DNA of 64,000 bases from Sphaerodactylus townsendi (GCF_021028975.2 NC_059430.1:11036001-11100000); one strand, 5' to 3'. Positions 26,439 through 39,738 are shown, counted from the stretch's first letter. Program-made: numbers and translations. The notes: generated by a model from the letters alone, not told the origin.

Positions 26439-26768
26439 CTAGATTTTTTGGGTCTCCATCATGTATGTGAGAGTTGAAGGCTTTCGGGCCTGACTCACGA
26501 AGCTACACCCTCTGCCTTAATGGTCCTGCAGCTGAAACATAAACACGTAACATCACAAAAGGGTGCAGGCCTTGAAACTGTTTTTGCCAACCGCACCCAG
26601 GAAGAACATCTTTAGCAGTGGCTGCCACCTTTTGTCTCCTGACGGGATCAAACCGATAAGGTCCAAAGCAGGAGCCTTGGGCCACCGATGAGATCACCCA
26701 CAGCAGAAAAGTCCCTGCTCCACAACTGGGCTTGCCTTCCACCAATGAGAAAATAGGACCTTCTATTT

Positions 26769-26850
26769 ATTGTCGAGGGCTTTCACGGCGGGAATCGCTG
26801 GGGTGCTGTGTGGTTTCCGGCCGTACAGCCCGGAAACCACACAGCATCCA
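26769..26850. mobile_element. Minimal (~82 bp) Penelope-derived palindromic element
   Basis: Family termini with the centre deleted; 14-bp duplication AGGACCTTCTATTT. Confidence 0.75.
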
Positions 26851-27140
26851 AGGACCTTCTATTTATCTAACACGCCCCCCTTTGTGTTTGAATTTGTTCC
26901 CTATAAATTGTGTTGCATGTGCCTGGTTGGGGGTTCTTGCTTGAAGCTCACAGTAAAAGTTTTACTTTTAAGATTCTTGTGTCTGCCATGGATCTCCACT
27001 GATAAAATGGTCACACCTTAGCCAGGACCAGGCTAACGCTGCCCCCTGGTGTTTGAGCATGGGTTTGGGACTGATCCCTTGCCTAGGGATCTTTGGCTGT
27101 TACTCAGGAAGGAGTTCATTGGGAGGAGGATGCCATAGAA

Positions 27141-27286
27141 CAGTGGTGGCGAACCTTTGGCACTCCAGATGTTATGGACTACAATTCCCATCAGCCCCTG
27201 CCAGCATGGCCAATTGGCCATGCTGGAAGGGGCTGATGGGAATTGTAGTCCATAACATCTGGAGTGCCAAAGGTTCGCCACCACGG
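27141..27286. mobile_element. Fully palindromic hairpin MITE
   Basis: Near-perfect palindrome centred on GGCCAATTGGCC; 8-bp TSD CCATAGAA. Confidence 0.9.
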
Positions 27287-27326
27287 CCATAGAATCCACT
27301 TTCCAAAGCTGCCATATGCTCTAGGG

Positions 27327-28245
27327 CAGTGATCGCAAACCTTTTCGAGACCGAGTGCCCAAACTGCAACCCAAAACTCACTTATTTATCGCAAAGTGCC
27401 AACACGGCAATTGAACCTGAATACTGAGGTTTTAGTTTAGAAAACACGGTTGGCTCTAAGGTGCGCGTTAGTCGGGAGTAAGCTTGGTGGTCGTCGTTGG
27501 CTTTGCTTTGAAGCAACCGTGCAATGCTTCAAATGGGTGAATCACATCCCTAGGAGGGTTTCCTCAGAAGCAAGCCCCATTGCCAGCAACTGAGCTTGCT
27601 CCCAGGTAAAGGATCACACTTTAGTTCTTCCCACGAAAATCAGTGGGGTTTAACAGCGCTTAACAGGGTTACCTACACTGCTTCCCCAAAACTAGGTCTG
27701 AGTTTAATGCTAATAATCTCCCTGAAATAATTACACTAATTACACTGGGGGCCTGGCGGGGGAAGGGGGAGGAGTGCGGGGGGAGGGGGAAGTAAAACTT
27801 TCACTTTCTAAAACCCAATAACCCCACCACCACAAAATAGAAGTAAAAAGGCAGTCAAGGAAGGCAATCCGAAGCAAGAATGCTGTGCGAGAGGTGGGAT
27901 AACTTCAGGAAAGCTAAATTGGTGGAGCAGCCATCTGATCTGCGGTTTTTCCTTCACGTGTCATCACAGCAGTTGACTTCCCACAAAAATGCAACAGGAA
28001 CAGAAAAATAAAAGCATGGAGAATATTTTGAAACGGACCTCTCTGTTGCACGTTTCCCTCTGTCAGAATGGCCTTCATTCTGACAAGGGGGGTGGGGAAG
28101 GGATGCTCAGGGCAGTAAGGGATGCTCCTCTCCCTTTCCTGTCAGTTGGTTGGGGAAGGGGGAGGGGGAGATGATGGCACGCGTGCCCACAGAAAGGGCT
28201 CTGAGTGCCGCCTCTGGCACCCGTGCCATAAGTTCGCCATCACAG
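27327..28245. mobile_element. hAT-type non-autonomous element family B (CAGTGATGGCGAAC TIR)
   Basis: TIRs and 8-bp TSD CTCTAGGG. Confidence 0.85.
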
Positions 28246-28398
28246 CTCTAGGGAAAGGTGGGAGCTCAGCAGGGAAGTCATGCCATAGAACTCGCCTTCT
28301 AAAGCTGCAGAGTCCTCCAGAGGAACTAATTCTGTAGTTTAGAAATCAGCTGTAACTGAGGGAGAATTCCAAGCCCACCTCAGGCGTGGGAAAGAATA

Positions 28399-28650
28399 AG
28401 AAGAGTTTGGATTTATATCCCCCCTTTCTCTCCTGCAGGAGACTCAAAGGGGCTGACAATCTCCTTGCCCTTCCCCCCTCACAACAAACACCCTGTGAGG
28501 TGGGTGGGGCTGAGAGAGCTCCGAGAAGCTGTGACTAGCCCAAGGTCACCCAGCTGGCGTGTGTGGGAGTGCCCAGGCTAATCTGAATTCCCCAGAGAAG
28601 CCTCCACAGCTCAGGCGGCAGAGCTGGGAATCAAACCCGGTTCCTCCAGA
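28399..28650 (-). mobile_element. tRNA-derived SINE
   Basis: Body and tail match the family. Confidence 0.85.
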
Positions 28651-29132
28651 AAGGCTGGGGATTGCTCTTTGGGACTGTGTTACTTCACTTTCACTTGCTG
28701 CAGAGTACCCATGCAACTTACCTAATTTTAAAAACATTTTTTTAAAGTCAAAAACATCAACAATCATTATGAGATTCCCCAAAAACAGAGAACAATGCAA
28801 AAAAAATAGTATCATGCGAAGAGCAAACGATGCAAACAAACTGGATTAAAAGGAAAACAGAAACAGAATGGAGGGAAACCAAAAAAACGGCGTGATACAT
28901 CTATGCGCTGCCATGAAAATCGCCTTTCAACATTCAACACCCACAACGCTACAACCCTATTCCATATTCCATTCTAACCCTTATACGAAACTTTGGAGTT
29001 CGATTTTTTTTTAATCAACCTTGCTGGGTACGAAGATGACGATCGGATGGGCTCGTGCCGTGGGAGGCCACAATGCTGTAGCAAAGGCAAGGTGAGTCCT
29101 GCACGTCGATTCTACTGCAATGCATGGGAAAG

Positions 29133-29528
29133 TGTGGGATTTGGAAAGTGACAGTCACACAGTCCAGCAATGAAGGAGTTAATTGTTGCATGCTAATTAG
29201 TTAGTGAGGTCAGAAGTCAGTGACCAGGTAATTGATACCTACTGGTCAAGCAGACTGGCATGAGCTACGTGCAGTCCCACATGTAGGCATTAGATATATA
29301 TATATATATATATTCTTTGTTACACTCTGCACATGCTCAGTAGTAGCTTTTGTTAGCCCTGTAATAGTCAACCAACAAGCTCCATGAAGGAGCTTAGCTA
29401 ATCAGATATTTCCTCTTTTGTTATTCCAAGTTACCTTTCCTTAGTTACCTTTTGTAACTGAACCATTTTTCTATAAGCAATTGCCTCTGCCTCTTTATTG
29501 TGCTAAGCCAATTCTATAAACTACGACA
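29133..29528. mobile_element. Solo LTR (copy 1)
   Basis: TG...CA termini and 5-bp TSD GAAAG on both sides. Confidence 0.85.
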
Positions 29529-29603
29529 GAAAGAACTTGAGAAACAGCTACAGGCAGAGAGCGTGGAGGGAGAGAGGAGGCCGCGCCCACTGCGTTGCCA
29601 AAG

Positions 29604-29983
29604 TGATGGGATTTGGCAAGTGCCAGTCACACAATCCAGTAACGAAGGAGTTAATTGTTGCATGCTAATTAGTTAGTGAGGTCAGAAGTCAGTGACCAGG
29701 TAATTGATACCTATTGGTTGGGTGGGCTACATGCAGGTCTGCATGTAGGCTTTAGATATATGTTCTTTGTTGCACTCTGCACGTGGTCTGTAGCTTAGTA
29801 GCCATGTAATAGTCTAAGCAGCAAGCTGGCTGTTGGTGCTAGCTAGTAAGAAAGATGTTTATTGTTTTTCTTCCAAGTTTCCCTTCCCTGTAGTAAGTAA
29901 TCTATATACATTTCAGTAAAGCAACTGGTCTCTGCCTCATTATTTGCATTAACTCTGCTAATTAAGTATTTGTCCACATGACA
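29604..29983. mobile_element. Solo LTR (copy 2, same family)
   Basis: TG...CA termini, 5-bp TSD CAAAG; first ~110 bp closely match copy 1. Confidence 0.85.
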
Positions 29984-30129
29984 CAAAGCCACCCCCGGTC
30001 CCTTCCGCACATGCAGAATAATGCACTTTCAATCCACTTTGCAGCTGTGCGGAAGAGCAAAATCCACTTGCAAACAATTGTGAAAGTGGATTGAAAGTGC
30101 AGTATTCTGTATGTGCGGAAGGGGCCCAC

Positions 30130-30417
30130 CTCTGCTGCCTCCGGCCGGCCGTCCTTTGTGCCATTGGAGCTGCGATGGCGCTGCTGGTTCCAAGGAGTTC
30201 GGCTTTGAGGCATCAGGCAAACCTTCAGACCAGCTGCAGACAGCGCCCCCTTGTGCCATCTGGTCGTCTCCGGGGCTGCAAGGACTCCTGGCTCCACCGC
30301 CTCTTCCAGCTTCTTGGGGCGGGGACAAAGCTGTGGCCTCGGATGACAACTGTGGAGAGGTTGGACTTGTAACCCTGGAAACAAAGCAACAGTCTGACTG
30401 CGATAGGGAAGGTAAGA
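30130..30417 (+). promoter_or_regulatory. DYNLT5: Candidate DYNLT5 promoter / first exon with RFX X-box-like motif
   Basis: GC-rich unique sequence; GTAACC-CT-GGAAAC at 30369-30382 resembles an RFX X-box; strong donor AAG|GTAAGA after 30411. The first coding exon has an acceptor at 32608, so an upstream exon must exist. Confidence 0.45.
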
Positions 30418-30909
30418 TCTTGGTCCTGTTGGGGGGGGGGGCTGATGCTGGAAGGTTTTGGGGGCTATCCTCGTGAAGAAAGGAGTGGAGGTGCAATCTA
30501 GCCTAACTAGTCTTTGGGGACTGGGTCCCTTATAGACCCCCAAAGAAATCTGGAACAGACAAGGGGCAAAATAAAAGGCTGCGTAAGTTTGTCTCTCTTT
30601 TCGCCCCAGTCCCATCCTCCCACCTGCAGGGTCACGCTTTTAACACCTGTGTGACAGACAGCGATGGAGTAAGTAGGGAAAAATGAGTTAATTCTCGAAT
30701 TCTTCTGCAGAGGTTGGCTAAGCCAAAGAAAGCAGTATATTGTGCCGTACGTTTTTGGGAACAAAGGAGAAAAGGATAGCACCGAATACTGGAGAGCAAG
30801 GTAAAGGCAACGCCAAAGCTAGACAAACACAACGGGAAAAAATGTTTCCATAAAAATATTCTTCCAGAAACAGATCCCCAGTTTGATTGTATTCCGGCAC
30901 AGTTGCAAG

Positions 30910-31209
30910 AGCAGTGGCGTAGGAGGTTAAGAGCTCGTGTATCTAATCTGGAGGAACCGGGTTTGATTCTCCGCTCTGCTGCCTGAGCTGTGGAGGCTTC
31001 TCTGGGGAATTCAGATTAGCCTGAGCACTCCCACACACGCCAGCTGGGTGACCTTGGGCTAGTCACAGCTTCTCGGAGCTCTCTCAGCCCCACCTACCTC
31101 ACAGGGTGTTTGTTGTGAGGGGGGAAGGGCAAGGAGATTGTCAGCCCCTTTGAGTCTCCTGCAGGAGAGAAAGGGGGGATATAAATCCAAACTCTTCTTC
31201 TTCTTCTTC
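30910..31209 (+). mobile_element. tRNA-derived SINE
   Basis: Full copy. Confidence 0.88.
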
Positions 31210-31780
31210 AAGGTAATTTAGAGGCCTCGCACGCATATTTTACAAACCGCTGAAGAAAATTTCAGCTGTGGGGGGTTTCAGATGGGAGTTTTATTTCTGA
31301 AATAATGTTTTTATTAAAGAGTTATATTTGTGGAAGCCATTTTGACTTGACCCCAAGTTTTCATGAGCCGAAGTCCTCTTTATATTTGGACGCATACACA
31401 CACACACACCCTTGCCATTGCAGTTTGCTCTATTTGGGGTACCTCTTTGCTGTTCCGGTCCTACTTCGATGTGTTTATGTTACTCGTGTTCAGAGTCTTG
31501 CTTGCAGTGTGGAAACTGTGAGTCTTAATCTATTCGTGCATTTTTATTCCATCCTCTTTTTACAAGGAGCTCGCAGTGGCGTGAATGACTTTTCCCTTCC
31601 CCCATTTTATCTCTGTGCAGTAGAACACATGTGACTGGACCATCCCAAGTAGCCCACTGAGTTTCATGGAAAAGTGAGGATTTGAGCCTGGGTCTTGGTT
31701 CCAGTCCGTCACTGAACATTGAACTAGACTGGCCTTCATGTCGCTAATAAAGGCACACCGCGGTGAGTTTGGGTTGATAT

Positions 31781-32135
31781 CAGAGGTGGGATCCAGCAGG
31801 TTCTCACAGGTTCCCGAGAGTAGGTTACTAATTATTTGTGTGTGCCGAGAGGGGGTTACTCATTGGTGATTTTGCCACATGATTTTTGCCTTAGTTACGC
31901 CCCTCCTCTCAGCAGTAGCACGCAGAACTTGAAGCAGTCTAGCAGGAGGTGCAACAGCGTGCGTGGCAGCCTGCGCCTGCGTGCATTCGTTTCCCGCCCA
32001 AGGACCAGCACAGCGGCTGCGTCCTTGCCACAGCCCTGCCCAGGAATGCCCTGCCCCTGGAATGCCCAGCCATGCCACAGTTTGAATCCCACCACCATGG
32101 GAACCTGTTACTAAAATTTTTGGATCCCACCACTG
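31781..32135. mobile_element. hAT-type MITE family A
   Basis: TIRs and 8-bp TSD GTTGATAT. Confidence 0.9.
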
Positions 32136-32613
32136 GTTGATATGAATAAACAGGCTGACTAAATTTTTTCAGTGTGCCTACAGCTGCTAGCGTGGCTTTC
32201 CAGATGTTATGAACTACAGTTCCCATCATCCCCTGCCAGCATGATGCTGGCAGGGGATGATGGGAACTGTAGTCCACCACATCTGGAGGGCCGCGAGTTT
32301 GACACCTGTGTGCTAGAGCTTATCTTTTGGAGAAGCTCCGTGTGTGTGCATGTCTATGATTTCTTTTAGATGGCTTCACCTTTTAACTGTAACTGTTTTT
32401 CTTAACCCCTGGGGTCCACAAAGTGCCTAGTCAGGATTTTTTTTCCTCAGGGAAGAGCAGGGTAGCTAATATATACTAACTGATCTTGAAATTACTCTCT
32501 CACTTCAGAATATTAAAATGGGCTTGCTGTGGGCACCTAAGGATCCATCTAGTCTGACATTGTTTTCAGGTAATCGCAAGAGTTAAACATGTATTTCCTA
32601 AATTCTAGAAGAC

Positions 32614-35600
32614 ATGTCAGATACCGTGAGGGATAAAGCAGCGCGCTTGTTGAAGAAAAGGGGCAGCATCTCGTCTTTAGGGAGTCATGAAATCAAGGCA
32701 AAAGAATTTCTTGGGAAAACCAAAGAGTAAGTAGCCCTTTTGCTTCTCCTGACATGCTGTTTTCTAACTTGTCATCCTTCTAATTCTTCAGTTGCTTTGT
32801 TGGTCGCCACATCTCAAAAAGGATATCGAAGAGATAGAAAAAGTGCAGAGAAGGGCAACGAGGATGATTGAAGGATTGGAGCACCTTCCTTATGAGGAGA
32901 GGCTGCAGCGTTTGGGACTCTTTAGTTTGGAGAGGAGGCGTCTGAGGGGGGATAGGATTGAAGTCTATAAAATTATGCATGGGGTAGAAAATGTTGACAG
33001 AGAGAAATTTTTCTCTCTTTCTCACAATACCAGAATCAGGGGGCATTCATTGAAAATGCTGGGGGGAAGAATTAGGACTAATAAAAGGAAACACTTCTTC
33101 ACGCAACGTGTGATTGGTGTTTGGAATATGCTGCCACAGGAGGTGGTGATGGCCACTAACCTGGATAGCTTTAAAAAGGGCTTGGACAGATTTATGGAGG
33201 AGAAGTCGATCTATGGCTACCAGTCTTATTCCTCCTTGATCTCAGATTGCAAATGCCTTAGCAGACCAGGTGCTCAGGAGCAGCAGCAGCAGCAGGTCAT
33301 TGCTTTCACATCTTGCCCGTGAGCTCCCAAAGGCACCTGGTGGGCCACTGCGAGTAGCAGAGTGCTGGACTAGATGGACTCTGGTCTGATCCAGCAGGCT
33401 CATTCTTATGTTCTTATGTTCTTATGGACTGTTCTATTTAGCCACTTCAAAAACATTTTCTTTTACATCTGTCAAGGTTATATATTTTTAAATGGCAGCA
33501 GGTCACGATGAATCAGGGCCCACGTGGCGTTAACTCCCTGCCACAGTCTAGGGTTGTCAACAAGTCTGGAGACAAATATCCTGCTGCTTTAATACAAGCT
33601 TAATGTGTGGACATGTGCAGGAAACCGTTCTGGTGATTTGGAGATAATCCTATTAAGCCAATTATTAAAGGAACAGAACGTTTTTCTTCAGGCAGTACAC
33701 AACCTCACAGCCAACTTCTGCCTTCTGTGCAGTGGTGGGATCCAAAAATTTTAGTAACAGGTTCCCATGGTGGTGGGATTCAAACTGTGGCGTAGCGCCA
33801 ATGGGGCTGGGCGGGGCACGACGGGGGCATGGCCGGGCATTCCAGGGGCGGGGCATTCCTGGGCGGGGCTGTGGCAAGGACGCAGCCGCTGCGCCGGTCC
33901 TTGGACGGGAAACAAATGTACGCAGGCGCAGGCTGCCACGCACGCCGGTGCACCTCCTGCTAGACTGCTCCAAGTTCTGTGCGCTGCTGCTGAGAGGAGG
34001 GGCGTAACTAAGGCAAAAATCATGTGGCAAAATCACCAATTAGTAAACCCCCTCTCAGCACACACAAATAATTAGTAACCTACTCTTGGGAACCTGTGAG
34101 AACCTGCTGGATCCCACCTCTGCTTCTGTGGCCTATGATGCTGGGCTCGTGTAAGAACTGTGTGCTTGGCTCTGAACTTTAAAGGATTGGAGGGTGGGAA
34201 GGTTAAAATGCAGCCTCATGGTTTTCTGTTGTTGTTTTTTGGGTCAGTTGTGACCCCATTCTCTTGTGCAGACATGGTTCCTTGACCTACACGAAAAGTT
34301 GAAGACAAACTCAGAGTAAGGGACTTACATGTGCTTTGCAATGTGTGCCTAACTCTATTTTCTCCTAGGAAGACACAGAAATTCAGCCCTTGACTATAAA
34401 TGGAGATCAAGTAGAGCGGGTGGCTAGTTTTAAATTTCTGGCCGTCATGATTAAAGAGGACTTGACCTGGGGCGTACAGACTGCCGCGGTGGTTAAGAAG
34501 GCCCAGCAAAGACTGTATTATCTGAGACTTCTACGGAAACAACAACTGAATGGAGAACTCCAGGTGTCCTTTTCCCACTGTACTATAGAGAGTGTCTTAA
34601 CCTACTGCATCTGTGTGTGGTTCTCCAGTTGCACAGTGGCAGATAGGAAGGCGCTCCAAAGGGTGATCACTACTGCACAGAGGCTTATCGGCTGCCCTCT
34701 CCCCTCCTTGGAAGAACTCGATAATTCCCGAAGCCTAAAGAAAGCCCAAAATATTCTGAGAGGCCCGTCTCATCCAGCACACTCTCTTTTTGAACCGTTA
34801 CCATCCGGCAGACGATACAGGTCTATCAAAACCAGGACAAAGAGGCTGAGAGACAGCTTCTACTCTAGAGCTGTGGCTACGCTGAACTCCACGGCTTTGT
34901 GTTGATGTGTTTGGGGCTGTGTAGGGATGGGTGGAGGAAGGGGAAAGTGAGGGTGGGGCATGAGTCTGGAATTGTGTGCATCGAGGAATGCTGCTGTAAA
35001 TTTCGTTGTGCGTGCACAATGACAATAAAATGCTTATGCTTATGATAGTCTCTTTGAAATAGTGTAGTACATAAAACCATTATAGGCCTTTCATGGGTTT
35101 TTTTGTGTGGTGCTTTGCATCTGATTAGTTTCATGTTGTGTCCGACAAATAGCAATTAACCTATTTATTGTTTGGGATTGTCTTCAGCTCCATGAGTACA
35201 GTGTCTTACATGGATGAGCCGGGACACCATGACGACATTCTTCGTCCTCCTGTTCAGATGGAGAACACATACCAGTTAGGTAAGGATCTCTTACTCTTTG
35301 GCTCATTCCGCACGGGCAGAATAATCCACTTTCAAACTGCTTTCAGTGCTCTTTGAAGCTGTGCGGAATGGCAAAATCCACTTGCAAACAGTTGTGAAAG
35401 TGGGGTGCTGTGTGGTTTCCGGGCTGTATGGCTGTGTTCTAGCAGCATTCTCTCCTGATGAAGATGCCAGCCAGATGGCTACAACGTCAGGAGAGAATGC
35501 TGCTAGAACACGGCCATACAGCCCGGAAACTACACAGCACCCCAGCAATTCCGGCAATTCCCCCCCCCCCCGCTTTTTCCATTTTTATGGAATTAGGGTC

Positions 35601-36709
35601 CATTACCATCTGTTGGACCCACCCTTTCTTTTCTCCTCTCGGGAGGATTTAAGAGGGATATTGCTTGCATTGTTGTGTTATGTATTAATTGCTGCATTTT
35701 AATTTCTATTATTTAGAGATTAACTTAAATTTGATTTTATGTTTATCTGTATTTGAATGTTATGTTGTTCACCTCCCAGAGCCCTTCGGGGGNNNNNNNN
35801 NNNNNNNNNNNNNNNNNNNNNNNNNNNNNNNNNNNNNNNNNNNNNNNNNNNNNNNNNNNNNNNNNNNNNNNNNNNNNNNNNNNNNNNNNNNNNNNNNNNN
35901 NNNNNNNNNNNNNNNNNNNNNNNNNNNNNNNNNNNNNNNNNNNNNNNNNNNNNNNNNNNNNNNNNNNNNNNNNNNNNNNTTAATGGGGAAATAACAAAAG
36001 CCTCTGTGGGGGCATGACAGACTCAATTCTAGGATACCTGATTCAGCACTCCTAAGAGCTGCCAAGCAATGAATTCATTTTTACTGACTAAATTAATTTT
36101 ACTCTCCAGTAAAATTTTACTCTCCAGAAGACAAATCTTCTTGACGGAGGGTATTGTAGCTTAACCTCTGGGAGGATAAGAGGGGAAGGGCCATTTATTC
36201 ACTTGTGGTCTCCTTTATATTGAGCATTCAATCCATTCAGGTTGGATTATTCGTCATGCACGTGTTCCCCCCTCTCTTGAACTCCCCACGCCTCAGATCA
36301 GAGAATCTCTGCAGTTTCTGAAACCTCAGAAACCACTACTTCTACACAGGGAGAGCATCATAGGAAACAACATTTTGTTGTGACCGATCTGGTTCCACAG
36401 TTTTCCCAGTAGACTTTTAACGCCCTTTTTAATGATGACTACCAAGTGTACTTGGAGTTGTTTAGTTTGTTAACATTAGAGCCTTCTGAAACAATACTGT
36501 GAGCTGCTTTTGTATACCAGGTCCTGCAAAATACTTTCCGGTGGCAGCTGTGAATAATATCTTGAAGGACGTGGTAACAAGTTACCTTGAAGAAGAAAAA
36601 TATGAAGCAGAGCTGTGCAGGCAGATGACAAAGACCATCTCAGAGGTATATATTTGTTAATAAAGCAAAGTATTGATCTCTGTAGAAATCCACAACTGAA
36701 GGAAGAGGG

Positions 36710-36780
<71 letters not shown>

Positions 36781-39738
36781 TGCATAGACGAATAGACAGG
36801 CGGACGGATGCAGAACTTAATTTGGTCCATGCATTAGGTCAGGGAATGTTGATTGATGCCAGGCCCTGTCCAGTAATTTACCTTTTCTTCTATACTCTCT
36901 AGGTCTGATTTTGCATTCCAAGTATAATAGCTCTTAGGAATCATGCTTGTTGATGTTACGTTTCTGGTCTATGACAATATGCCAGCGATGGCGAACCTAT
37001 GGCACGAGTGCCAGAGGTGGCACTCAGAGCCCTTGCTGTGGGCACGCGTGCACAGAGTTCATCATGTGGGGGGGCGGAAAATCACACATACCCCACACAC
37101 ACACCCCTAGGCTGGCCTGGGCATGATCCTTTACCTGGGAATAAGCTCAGTTGCTGGCAATGTGGCTTGCTTCTGAGTAAACCCTCCTAGGGTCGTGATT
37201 CACCCATTTGAAGCACTGCACGGTTGCTTCACCAAGCTTACTCCCAAGTAACATGTGCCTCGGAGCCAACTGTTTTTCTAAACTAAAACCTCAGTATTCA
37301 GGTTAAATGGCCATGTTGGCACTTTGCAATAAATAAGTGGGTTTTGGGTTGCAGTTTGGGCACTCCGTCTCGAAAAGGTTCGCCATCACTGCCATATGCT
37401 GTAACAGACTTCTCAACTAAAAGAGAAGCAGAGTTACACCAATGACTTTTTTTTTGTCTGCAACCTGCGGCTCTCCAGATGTACATGGACTACAATACCC
37501 ATCAGCCCCTGCCAGCATGACCATGCTGGCAGGTGCTGATGGGATTTGTAGTCCATGAACATTTGGAGAGCTGCAGGTTGCAGACCCCTAGTTACTTTGC
37601 TAGACCATGTCAGTTTCACAGGGTTTCATTGGCTCCATCGCTCCAGCGACNNNNNNNNNNNNNNNNNNNNNNNNNNNNNNNNNNNNNNNNNNNNNNNNNN
37701 NNNNNNNNNNNNNNNNNNNNNNNNNNNNNNNNNNNNNNNNNNNNNNNNNNNNNNNNNNNNNNNNNNNNNNNNNNNNNNNNNNNNNNNNNNNNNNNNNNNN
37801 NNNNNNNNNNNNNNNNNNNNNNNNNNNNNNNNNNNNNNNNNNNNNNNNNNNNNNNNNNNNNNNNNNNNNNNNNNNNNNNNNNNNNNNNNNNNNNNNNNNN
37901 NNNNNNNNNNNNNNNNNNNNNNNNNNNNNNNNNNNNNNNNNNNNNNNNNNNNNNNNNNNNNNNNNNNNNNNNNNNNNNNNNNNNNNNNNNNNNNNNNNNN
38001 NNNNNNNNNNNNNNNNNNNNNNNNNNNNNNNNNNNNNNNNNNNNNNNNNNNNNNNNNNNNNNNNNNNNNNNNNNNNNNNNNNNNNNNNNNNNNNNNNNNN
38101 NNNNNNNNNNNNNNNNNNNNNNNNNNNNNNNNNNNNNNNNNNNNNNNNNNNNNNNNNNNNNNNNNNNNNNNNNNNNNNNNNNNNNNNNNNNNNNNNNNNN
38201 NNNNNNNNNNNNNNNNNNNNNNNNNNNNNNNNNNNNNNNNNNNTCAGAAATGGTGCATGTTAGAGAGGGAGGAACTACTGTGGTATGCGTGGGGGGAGGG
38301 GGGAGGAGAGAGAAAACCCAAAGAAAGCTTAACACATCTCCTTCATTTCCCCTGTAAAGGGAGAAAAAAATTGCACTTTAGCAGCTTTTGGAAACCACAG
38401 ATTTTCTGATCTGAGGGGAAGGGGTGACTTCTGAAGAGAAGTAAACATGTGCGGAACTGAGGCAATATATGTGAAGGAGACTACACATGCATAAAAGTCC
38501 TATGACGATGAATTTGGGCAGACCCTGAGAGGGAGGGCAGGAAGAGATAAGCCAGTGCTTGGCTTTTGTAGCCTTTTCTTGTAGACCCTGCATAATGGCA
38601 ATTGCCGTTTTGGGATCAGGAAGGAGTTTTCCTTCAGGCCAGACTGGCCCAGGGATTCTGGAAGTTTTTTGTCTTGGGCATAGTGAGGGTCACTGTGAGG
38701 ATTTCCACTGTTGTGAGGCGGGTTGGACTATGATCCTTGGGTCTCTTCCAGCTCTGTATGTTTCCCTGAGTTTACAGTGCTAAACGTTAGATTAAGTGAC
38801 TTCTACATGACAGCTGTTTTCTTATTAAGATCGAACTGCTTTTAAAAAATAGTGCTAATTATGGAAACAAAAAGAAGATACGTGAGCTTGATATATCACT
38901 TGTGTCTTGAGCCTAATGCCTTCTAAAGTTAAGATGCTGAGCCAAAGTTTGCTGAATTATTTGCAGTGCGTTGTAGCACTGATGTGTTGTGTGGATGGGT
39001 TCAGAGGTGGGATCCAGCAGGTTCTCACAGGTTCCCAAGAGTAGGTTACTAATTATTTGTGTGTGCCGAGAGGGGGTTACTAATGGGTGATTTTGCCACG
39101 TGGTTTTTGCCTTCGTGACGCCCCTCCTCTCAGCAGTAGCGTGCAGAACTTGAAGCAGTCTAGCAGGAGGTGCACCGGCGTGCGTGGCAGCCTGTGCCTG
39201 CATGCATTCGTTTCCCGCCCAAGAACCGGCGCAGCAGCTGCGTCTTTGCCACAGCCCCGCCCCAGGAATGCCCCACCCCCGGAATGCTCGGCCACACCCC
39301 TGTCGCGCCCCGCCCAGTCCCATTGGCGCTACGCCACAGTTTGCATCCCACCACCATGAGAACCTGTTACTAAAATTTTTGGATCCCACCACTAGATGGG
39401 TTAGACTGTTATCGCTACAGTAAACTGATTCAATCCTTAACACAGCTCTACACCGGATCAGTAGTTTGCTTGTGTACCTTTAATTTTGCCGTACCAGTTT
39501 GTGCAAACATGTGGATTCTCTTCTTTTCTCTCAGGTAATTAAGGCTCGAGTGAAAGATCTTATGATACCAAGATACAAAATTATCGTGCTTATATATATT
39601 GGACAACTAGGCAAGCAGAGCATGCAAATTGGAAGCAGGTGCCTTTGGGATACTGCAAGTGACACTTTTTCCTCATATGCATTCAAAAATAGATCTTTGT
39701 TCGCGGTTGCAAAGGTCTATGCAGTTTATTTTGAGTAA
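32614..39738 (+). CDS. DYNLT5: Dynein light chain Tctex-type 5 (TCTEX1D1), 177 aa
   Basis: Coding exons 32614-32726, 35188-35279, 36521-36645, 39535-39738 (534 nt, phases consistent). Peptide KKRGSISSL...[11 protein letters not shown]...[10 protein letters not shown]...[27 protein letters not shown]...VYAVYFE matches TCTEX1D1. Confidence 0.95.
32801..33426 (+). mobile_element. CR1 LINE 3' fragment in DYNLT5 intron
   Basis: [23 protein letters not shown]...; (TTCTTATG)n tail. Confidence 0.92.
33730..34122. mobile_element. hAT-type MITE family A
   Basis: TIRs and 8-bp TSD CTTCTGTG. Confidence 0.9.
34377..35044 (+). mobile_element. Rex1/Babar 3' fragment, same family as 1342-3029
   Basis: Open 171-aa RT C-terminal ORF (34390-34905); 3' UTR and ATGCTT tail nearly identical to the first copy. 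Confidence 0.9.
35793..35980. other. Assembly gap
   Basis: N run. Confidence 1.
36710..36780. repeat. (GACA)n microsatellite
   Basis: About 17 perfect units. Confidence 0.95.
36983..37391. mobile_element. hAT-type element family B
   Basis: TIRs; TSD CAATATGC/CCATATGC. Confidence 0.85.
37651..38243. other. Assembly gap
   Basis: N run. Confidence 1.
39002..39394. mobile_element. hAT-type MITE family A
   Basis: TIRs and 8-bp TSD GATGGGTT. Confidence 0.9.

Noticed and set aside
29133-29983. Single TRIM or two-LTR retroelement
   Set aside because: Each LTR has its own perfect 5-bp TSD, the outer flanks differ, and no primer-binding site is evident in the spacer.
30910-30975. tRNA genes at SINE heads
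   Set aside because: A/B-box-like heads continue into a repeated SINE body in about 15 copies; no complete cloverleaf was seen.
35689-38409. Long X-containing ORFs
   Set aside because: Artefacts of translating across N gaps.
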